A stretch of DNA of 64,000 bases from assembly GCA_951406725.2 (NCBI GenBank), contig OX597831.1, positions 57,908,001 through 57,972,000 on the forward strand. Direction: 5' to 3'. The translations under genes were made by a program, and so were the position numbers. Under the pieces are notes generated by a model. It searched no databases and was not told where the DNA came from. It worked only from the letters and a program-made list of their open reading frames with translations. The stretch is from Octopus vulgaris. Its lineage: Eukaryota. Below, piece after piece: positions 53,593-64,000 of the stretch. Every line of letters starts with the position of its first letter. Position 1 is the stretch's first letter.

Positions 53593-54229
53593 ATAATAAT
53601 ATACAGCAATATACATACATATGTTCTATATTCAATGTTACAGTTAGTCACAATAATATGTTAGAATATTACAATATAGAAAACATACACATATCTATAT
53701 TTAAATGCAGATATACAAAGTCAATAATTCATTATATTAAGTTACAAAATGCCATTAATATTACTACCATTACTATTACCATTGCCACTATTGCTACTAA
53801 TATCATCATCATTATTATTATTATTATTATTAATAATAGCATTAATACCTGCGAAACAAAACAATATATGCATTACGCGGTTAGCAACATAATAGCAAAA
53901 ACAACAACAACAATAATACAGTACCATGCAAAGCATTAATATCGGCAGATACATATAAAAAGAAAGATGGAAAACATTGATTTACATAGTAGAAAATTCC
54001 ACAGGTGTACAAGCGTTTACCCGGACTGATATAAATGCAAAGTATTAAGTTCAGAGATCGTTAGATATCGAACGACCAATGTGATTGGCTTGATTTCGTC
54101 TTTTGTTTATTTTCGTAAACCTTCCTGTTATATATATATATATGTACCAATTACAACTGCTTCAAGTAGTAAAAAGAATACACACATACATTACATACAC
54201 ACACGGACATATATATCTACATATATAAA

Positions 54230-54267
<38 letters not shown>

Positions 54268-54762
54268 TTTAGTTAGAGGTTAAAATAACTATCTAAGGGA
54301 TAGAAGTATCCATTACACTACCGGTATATTACCTATATTTAACCTTGGACATATATATGCAAACATATTATGGTCATAAGTTATAGGTAAAGACAAGGAC
54401 AATCATGGGTTTATCAAGAATCGAAATTTAAAGAAAACAGAAAATGGAGAAGCACTGATTAACAACAATTGATTTACATCAATTATTATTTATTAATTAA
54501 ATAGAAATAGACTGCATCCCATCTAACAGCTGTTTCTGCTTCCAGTGTTATATGGTATTCCTATTGATATTCAAAATATGTAAAAATATGTAAAAATATT
54601 TTGAATATCAATGGCAATAACTTATAACATTGGAAGCAGAAACAGCTGTTAGATGGGATGCAGTCTATTTCCATTGAATTAATAAATAATAATTGATGCA
54701 AGTCAATTGCTGTTAATCAGTACTTCTCCATTTTCTGTTTTCTTTATATATATATATATGTA

Positions 54763-54819
<57 letters not shown>

Positions 54820-54956
54820 GTATTCATATCTAAATTTATATATATATATTTATATATATATATTTATATATATAAATTTAACCGTTAAAGGTATTTTTTG
54901 ATATACTGGCCATTGATAAAATTTTTTTCCCGAAAAAAATTTTAATCCTATATTAG

Positions 54957-55002
<46 letters not shown>

Positions 55003-55182
55003 ATATTAGGGAATAAATCCAAACTTACAGGGAAAAATCAGATTTAGGATTGAATCCAATTTTATAGTAAAATATATTATATTAAATTAGAGACAAAACC
55101 ACTATTAGGCAAATCAAACAATGAAAAACTTGAGTTTTTCATTGTTTGATTTGCCTAATAGTGGTTTTGTCTCTAATTTAAT

Positions 55183-55225
<43 letters not shown>

Positions 55226-55918
55226 TCATATATATATGTATATATATATAATATAAATTAGATGTATATATATATGTGTTTATATATATGTATGTATATA
55301 TACATATAGATATGGACATATATATGTGTTTATATATCTATTTATCTATCTGACTGTCTGTCTATATATCTATCTATCTATCTATCTATCTGTCTATCTA
55401 TCTATTTATCTCTCTATATATATGTATAGCTTGTTAAACTTGGGGATGGTAATTTTGTTTTGCTTTTTTACCATTTAAACACGCACATTATTTATTTGAT
55501 CTTCACTCTAGTTTTTCATATTATTTTTAGCTTATTTGTCTGTCAACAATCTTTCATTACACATTCTGCGACCTCATCAGTGTCTCTCTGTCCCATGTGT
55601 CTTCTCTTGCCCTACTTATTTCGTTTGACACCTGTATTGAATTAAACAAACTCACCTGTAACCAAATACACAATAACATGACTACAGAATTAAGTGAAAG
55701 CAAAATCAAAATATTGATGAAAAAATGAAAGTAAAAGAGAGTCAATAAATATCAATCAACAAGGAAACTGACTTTAAAAGCAACAACAATCAATATATGT
55801 GTGTATACATGCTTGTATGTATATGTATGTGTGAGTGTGCACGTGTGTGTGTGTGTGTTCACACAAACACATATATATATATATATATATATATATGACC
55901 ACATGTGTGTGATTTTTT

Positions 55919-56016
<98 letters not shown>

Positions 56017-56377
56017 CATATATACATATACGTATGTCTATATATTAAAAGTAATTAAGTTTATGTCCAATCATAGGGCGACCAATGGTTTTACATTCAC
56101 AGAGGCCTTAGCCTCGTGGACGTCTTGTCAGACTCTAGAGCTGAAGACACGAGATGTCTGCAATGCTGAGGCTTTTGTGGATGTGAAACTATTGGTCACT
56201 CTATAACCGGACATATGTTTAATAACTTTATTACATTACTGCTGTATGCTTCAGAGTAGGGTTGTTTTTCAATTATGTGACACATTAACGATATATATGT
56301 GTGTGTGTCTATATATGTATATATGTATATATATATACACACACACATATTTATACATATATGTATGTATATATATG

Positions 56378-56412
<35 letters not shown>

Positions 56413-56797
56413 ATGAGTTGTTTACAAAACACACACACATACACATACACACACATACACACACACATGTAGATGGAATTTACAAAGAATCAAAAGATGA
56501 AGACAGGTTTGTAAACAACACAGGTGTTTATATAAATATGTATATATATATATAAAACTATAAATTAGGGTATCTGAGAGATACTACCATGCTGAAATAG
56601 CAGTCAAAGCCCCATCAAATGTTCATATAGTGCTGGGAGAGTAGACAGAGAGACAAAATAAACTAGCAAAAAAGATTTTTCTGGATAATTATTAACTTTG
56701 TATGGTATTTATTCCTATGCTGGCCACTTGATAAGATCGATACTTAAACATTGATATTATCCTTATTTATATATTTATATATATGTATATATATATG

Positions 56798-56872
<75 letters not shown>

Positions 56873-56928
56873 TCATTTCCGTCCAACCCGTGCTAGCACG
56901 GAAAACGGACGTTAAACGATGATGATGA

Positions 56929-57012
<84 letters not shown>

Positions 57013-57456
57013 TGGCTAAGCTGGCAAAATGACCATTCCTAAATACAACAATATATATATATATATATGTATATATATATCTATATATATCTGCTTATGT
57101 TTTTCCATGATTCCTGATGTGAAATTGTGTGTTGAAACAGATATTGTTATATTTGGGGGATAGTCATGATTTTTAATGTTACCAAATAACCGCACTGTAT
57201 ACTTGTTCTTCACTTCAGCTTTATAATTATTCCCAGTCTAGTGTCCTTTCTCTGTGACCGTCCATACCAGTGTTCTTCTGTTCTTGTCTAGATCACTCTG
57301 TCTTTCTGAAGAGGTCAAAGGGTGTGCGATGAAGGACTTCAGACAAAGGACACTAAAATAAGAATGATTATAAAACTGAAGGGGACAAACGTGTATATAG
57401 TGCATTTGGTTATTTGGCAAAAGAAAAGAAATAAATGACAATCTCCAAATATGGGA

Positions 57457-57491
<35 letters not shown>

Positions 57492-58283
57492 TATATACAT
57501 ATATACATATACACATACATAAATATATATATATGTCAAATCATAGAGTGGATAATGGTTTTACATCCACAGAAGTCTTAGCCTCATTTAACGGCGGTGC
57601 ATGAGCATGGCTGCAGCTCTGTGCTGAATGTAGAGAGAATATATACATATATATACAGGCTATCTTTCATGTTATATCCTATAACATTTTTTTTGAAACA
57701 ATCTTAATAGCGTTCAGTAAATCACTATACATATCCATCATTTTCTGTTAAAATGTCTTATTGACGAGTTTCATTTCTTCACTTCCCTGAAGAGAAGATT
57801 ACCTTGTTTTACACCATTTTATTTGGAATAATACCAGTGATATCTTCTAAGCATGTGTCAGAAGTAAAAGAATTTGAATAACACCTGCATTTAATTCCAT
57901 TTATATATATATATATATACACACACTTATATAATATATATGTATATATATTGATGTGTGGTTCTATGATGAATTATAATAAAAATGATTTGACATTAAA
58001 TTAAAGAAAAATTGTTCATTGTTTATTGTGGAGTAGATATTTGCTATGCTTTCTTTTACAAGAATTGTAGTGTCAGTGACTTTGAGGTTTTGTTCTACTA
58101 GCCTGCTAGCATTCATTCATTGGACAGCTGGATGATGGCTAACAGGTGTGTATATGTGTGTATATACACACACACACACTTGTATACATATATATTTCTA
58201 GCAATGCTTGGTGTCTGAGTACCCTTAGTCACATTTAGTGACAATTGAGTTTTTCTTTTATGGTATTATAGTGCACCTAGCTG

Positions 58284-58335
<52 letters not shown>

Positions 58336-60242
58336 CACCATCCGAACTTGGCCGATGCCAGCGCCGCCTTGACTGGCTTCTGTGCCGGTGGCATGTAAAA
58401 AGCACCAACCAATCGTGGCTGCTGCCAGCCACCCGTGGCACCTGTGATGGTGGCACGTAAAAAACACCCACTACACTTACGGAGTGGTTGGCGTTAGGAA
58501 GGGCATCCAGCTGTGGAAACACTGCCAGATCAGACTGGAGCCTGGTGCAGCCTCCTGGCTTCCCAGACCCCAGTCGAACCGTTCAACCTGTGCTAGCATG
58601 GAAAACGGACGTTAAACGATGATGATGATATATATATATGTATACATGTGTGTGTGTATATATATATATATACATACATACATATATATATATATATAGT
58701 AGCGGTAACACACACATATATATATATATACACATACATATATATATATTTATATGTCCCAAGTTGATATCCATAAATGTGTTTGAGTACAGGTAATGAA
58801 TATTCTTCCTTCTGTCACTGAAGCATCATCTATAAATTTGTTTGTGAGTGTGCACGCATGTGGGTGTATCATTGCGTGCAGGTGCACGTGTATTAGAATG
58901 TGAGTCTGTGTGTGGGAGTCGGAAGGTTCAATGTCTCTTGGTGACCAATACTTACATCTCAGGCTGTGAATATTTATACTTCACACAACAAACATACTGG
59001 ATTCTTTATATCTTAGACGTAGTAGTATGTAGGACATCCTAATGACTCTTGTGCATATGTGAATATGTGTATACACACACATATAGATAGATAGATGGAT
59101 AGACATATATATTTTCATAACCACCTACACACATGTACACACATACACAAATGTATGTATTTGTATGTGTATGAGTGTGTATGTGTATCTGTGTATGAGA
59201 GAGAGAGAAAGAGAGAAGGAGATGATGAACAGAAATAAAGAAGCTCCGAGCAGCAACCGAGGGAGATTTAAGCTTTAATTGAATTTGTTTCAGTCGTTAG
59301 ACTGTGGTCATGCTGGGGCACCACCTTGAAGAATCTTTAGTTGAATGAATTGATCCCAGAGCTTCAATTTTTTTTCTAAAGCCTGTTGGTCTCTTTTGCC
59401 AAACCACAAAGTCATGAGGATGTAAACACATCAACACCAGTTATCAAATAGTAAAGGTGGATGCAAACACAGCCACAAAGATACGCACACACACACACAC
59501 ACACACACATGTCTACGATCCTTATTGATCGTTTTTTTTCTTTTTTTTCCTTTTCTTTTTTTCCTTTTCTTTTTTTCCTTTTCTTTACGATCCCTTTTTT
59601 CTTTACTCTCCCCTCCAAAGAAAAGCTCTACTTTGTAATCTGTCCCGTCTGTGTGCAGCCCTGTGTGGCTAATAAAGAAACATATATATATTAATAATAA
59701 AAGGGTAAAATTTATCAATTGAATTAATTAATTAATCAATCAATTAATCAATAACTTCACCAATTAGATCGGTACGTTAAAATAACCTTTATAGGTAAAA
59801 TTATGCAAATATTTTATAATTATAAACATAATTATAATTAGGGTTCAGCTAATTGCTTCACCACATACCGAATTTAGAAATAGGAGTTAAAATTCCTTTT
59901 CTACTACTAAAAGAATCTCCATGATGGTAACATACTTTTTTTCTCTTTGCCTTCGTAAAAAAGTATGTTACCGTCTTGGAGATTCTTATAGTAGTAGAAA
60001 AGGAATTTTAACTCCTATTTCTAAATTCGGTATGTGGTGAAGCAATTAGCTGAACTCTGATTATAATTATGTTTATAATTATAATATATATATATATCAT
60101 CATCATCATCATCAATATGCTAGCATGGGTTGGACGGTTCGACCGGGGTTCTGGGAAGCCAGAAGGCTGCACCAGGCTCCAGTCTAAATTTGGCAATGTT
60201 TCTACAGCTGGATGCCCTTCCTAACGCCAACCACTCCGTGAG

Positions 60243-60276
<34 letters not shown>

Positions 60277-60854
60277 TATATAAATATATAAATATATAAA
60301 TATATAAATATATATATATATATATAAATATATATATATATGCATATATATGCTTGACAGGCTTCTTTCAGTTTCCGTCTACCAAATCCAGTCAGAAGGC
60401 TTTGATCAGCCTGAGGCTACAGTAGAAAGCACCTGCCCAAGCTGCCATGCAGTGGGACTGAACCAGAAACTATGTGGTTGGCGGGAAGCAAGATTTTCTT
60501 TTTCCTACATGGCCACAATATTAAAAAATTAAAAGGAATAATTCTATAAAAGTAGTCATACTATTTTTCTCTCCTTTCTAAAGCTAAATACACGTTGAAT
60601 AGTAAACACACCTGGTTCTGAATGAGTCATACATACACATACATACATGCATAAATACATACATACATACATACATATATATATATATACACACACTTTG
60701 CATATATACATTGATTACTTTGCTTTAAGTTGTATGTTTTCCTTTTCTTTAAATTGAAATGTACAATAATAATTTGATGTCTTTAAATATACATATGCAT
60801 ATGTATATGCCTGTTTGTGTGTGCATGTATGTGAGTGTGTGTATAGTATATATA

Positions 60855-60906
<52 letters not shown>

Positions 60907-61317
60907 TAATTAAAGGTCAAAATCTCAATAAGGGATAACAAAATCCAATGGATATACTGGTTTATTACCTATTACAAGGGGTATTGAATATTAGAATTAA
61001 TAGTCAACCGTAAGGTAGCTGGATAAACTGTGATTTATATATATTTTAAGAAGATAAGAAAATAGAGAGATAATCAATAATTATTTATGTCTAATTTTTA
61101 ATTAACAAATAATTATCAACTATCTCTCTATTTTCTTATCTCCTTAATATATATATATTTTTGTATATAAATAAAAGAGGCAGGCAACAGGTTGCTTAGG
61201 CACATACTGAAAAATTAGAAATAGCAGTCAAAGACTGTTTATTTCTATTTTCTCGAAATCTACCTGTAAATAATTGTTGATTTTTTAAAAACCATTAAAG
61301 CTATTATTTACTCTTAT

Positions 61318-61374
<57 letters not shown>

Positions 61375-61388
61375 ATATATGATGATGA

Positions 61389-61454
<66 letters not shown>

Positions 61455-61818
61455 TTATATATATATGTATATATATATATATATGATATACCTTGTGTAT
61501 AAATACAAAGACACACACTCATACACACACACACGTACACACACACACACACACATACACACACACACACACATACAGACACACAAACACACAGATGTTT
61601 CTACGAAGTAAGATTCTGCATATTTCATTTATATTACGTATCAGAAATAAACTACTTCTTTGTATTCGTTCACTGAAAATTCTTAATATTGTCGTCGTAA
61701 AGAATTCATAATTTATATATACGAACATTTCTTGAGCACTTTGGTAAAAAAAATGCCTCACAAATGCTTATTATAATGTAACCTGGGAAGTGTGCATTTA
61801 TATCTATCTATTTGTCTG

Positions 61819-61933
<115 letters not shown>

Positions 61934-61948
61934 ATTTGTCTGTCTATC

Positions 61949-61983
<35 letters not shown>

Positions 61984-62034
61984 CTCTATATATATATCTG
62001 TCTATTTGTCTCTATTTAACTATCTATCTATCTA

Positions 62035-62090
<56 letters not shown>

Positions 62091-62094
62091 TCTA

Positions 62095-62153
<59 letters not shown>

Positions 62154-62154
62154 G

Positions 62155-62189
<35 letters not shown>

Positions 62190-63257
62190 ATCTATTTGTC
62201 TGTCTGTCTGTCTGTTTGTCCATCTATCTATCTGTTTATCTATCTGTTTATATATATATTTTTTTTTATACACGCACACACGCACGTATTTGTATATACA
62301 TTTACAATTCATTATCTGTACCTGACTATGTGCATGAAGCGTATGCATGCATACATATAAGTGTATGTGTGTATATGTGTATGTGCGTGTGTCTGTCTGT
62401 GCATCAAAGGACTGTTTGTCATGTGGGCGGCAGTGAACATGACATGATGTGACGACATAAGATTGAATTTCTTTAAAAGGTGCTACATGTAATAAGACTA
62501 ACTGAGATGCATGAATATAAAAGATGGTGTTGTTGATGTCATTATTTTTATTATTATTATTGTTGTATTTTGTTGTTGTTGTTACTGTTATTGTTATTAT
62601 CATAATCATTATCATTATTTTTCGTTTTTGGATTTGGTTTGCAAGATTCTTTATATGAGTTTGTGTGTTGAAGTATATTCTGTTGTGTCGGGGGGGGGGG
62701 GGATACACACTCACTGGTAAAATTTCCACTTATTTCCTATTTCTATTTTCCTAAAATTTTTGTTGCGTCATGGCAACCTTTTCAATAGTCTTGAGACTCT
62801 GTCCGAAAATTTTAGGAAAATAAAAATAAGAAATAAGTGGAAATTTTTACTGGTGATTGTGTTACATTATAAGGCACAAAAAAAAATGACTCTCCCCAGA
62901 CACAATAGAATTATTATCATCATCAACATCATCATCATCATTATTATTATTATTATTGACTTGCCTCTTCTCTCAAAATTACTGGTCTTGTGCCAAAAGT
63001 TAGAAACAAAATTATCATCCTCAGCATCATCATCATTTTTAATTGTTAATGAATAAAAGAAATCATTGAAAAATAAATCATCATAGATATTGAAACATTA
63101 TTGGGTGGTGTCCATCCTTTCAGGGTCAAAAAAAATCTTTCATCCTTTTGGGATTGATAAAATAAGTATTAGTTGGGCACAGGGGTTAATGTAATCGACT
63201 AACACCCTCTGCTGAACTTGCTGACCTTGGTACCGAAATTTGAAACTATCATTACTA

Positions 63258-63465
63258 TTCTTCTTCTTCTTCTTCTTCTTCTTCTTCTTCTTCTTCTTCT
63301 TCTTCTTCTTCTTCTTCTTCTTCTTCTTCTTCTTCTTCTTCTTCTTCTTCTTCTTCTTCTTCTTCTTCTTCTTCTTCTTCTTCTTCTTCTTCTTCTTCTT
63401 CTTCTTCTTCTTCTTCTTCTTCTTCTTCTTCTTCTTCTTCTTCTTCTTCTTCGTCTTCTTCTTCT
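63258..63465. repeat. Long near-perfect (TTC)n microsatellite
   Basis: About 200 bp of TTC repeats; source of the poly-K/R/L/F ORFs. Confidence 0.97.
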
Positions 63466-63695
63466 CATCATCATCATCATCATTATTATTATTTTTATTA
63501 TTATTACCATTATTATTATTATTATTTTCATTATCATTATTATTATTATTAATAATTCCACAAAAGTCAACTTGCCTTTCATCCTTTTGAGGTTGATAAA
63601 TTAAGTACCTGTGAAACACTGGGGTCAATGTAATCAACTAGTCCCCTCCCCCCAAATTTCAGGCATTGTGCCTATAGTAGAAAGGATTATTATTG

Positions 63696-63744
<49 letters not shown>

Positions 63745-64000
63745 CGAGTGAGAGAGCAGTGCATGCCATCAAAGTGACACTGGGGTAAAATATATGAAGC
63801 CCAGTATGCCCATCAGGACTACCCATCTGATAAGGGTACACATGCATCACAACCATATGTGTGCAACATATTGATCTCATACCAAGATAAAATGCTCATG
63901 ACCTTGCAGGTGGGGCCCCGTTAGAATTTTCTTCAGGTCGAGTAGCCCATCTCAAAAGGTCCCTGAATTTCTTGAGGTGAATTATCCAAACCCTAAACAA

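Noticed and set aside
57238-57355. Candidate minus-strand exon after ttattttag
   Set aside because: Frames close quickly, there is no recognisable product, and it is adjacent to repeat-derived sequence.

Overview
Eukaryotic, AT-rich, extremely microsatellite- and repeat-dense DNA. The repeat landscape (tRNA-derived SINEs with internal microsatellites, RTE/CR1 LINE remnants, long (TA)n/(TATC)n/(TAC)n/(AAT)n tracts) looks like an octopus (coleoid cephalopod) genome; that assignment is inference. One protein-coding gene can be assembled with confidence. It is a 5-coding-exon, 283-aa CRAL-TRIO gene on the + strand (8768-16879) that reads as a close homologue of vertebrate RLBP1/CRALBP. The rest is mobile-element debris: Tc1, mariner and maT-like transposons, hAT- and Merlin-like MITEs with intact TSDs, non-autonomous Helitrons, RTE/CR1/RLE LINE fragments, a Penelope-like element and several SINE families. 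The most unusual signal is a set of short, non-coding, palindromic elements from several unrelated families that carry minimal type-I hammerhead ribozyme motifs. One family is built from two hammerheads in opposite orientation, and one has a family-wide core variant. Nearly all ORFs in the supplied track are microsatellite or repeat artefacts. All alignments were made by eye, so repeat boundaries are approximate.
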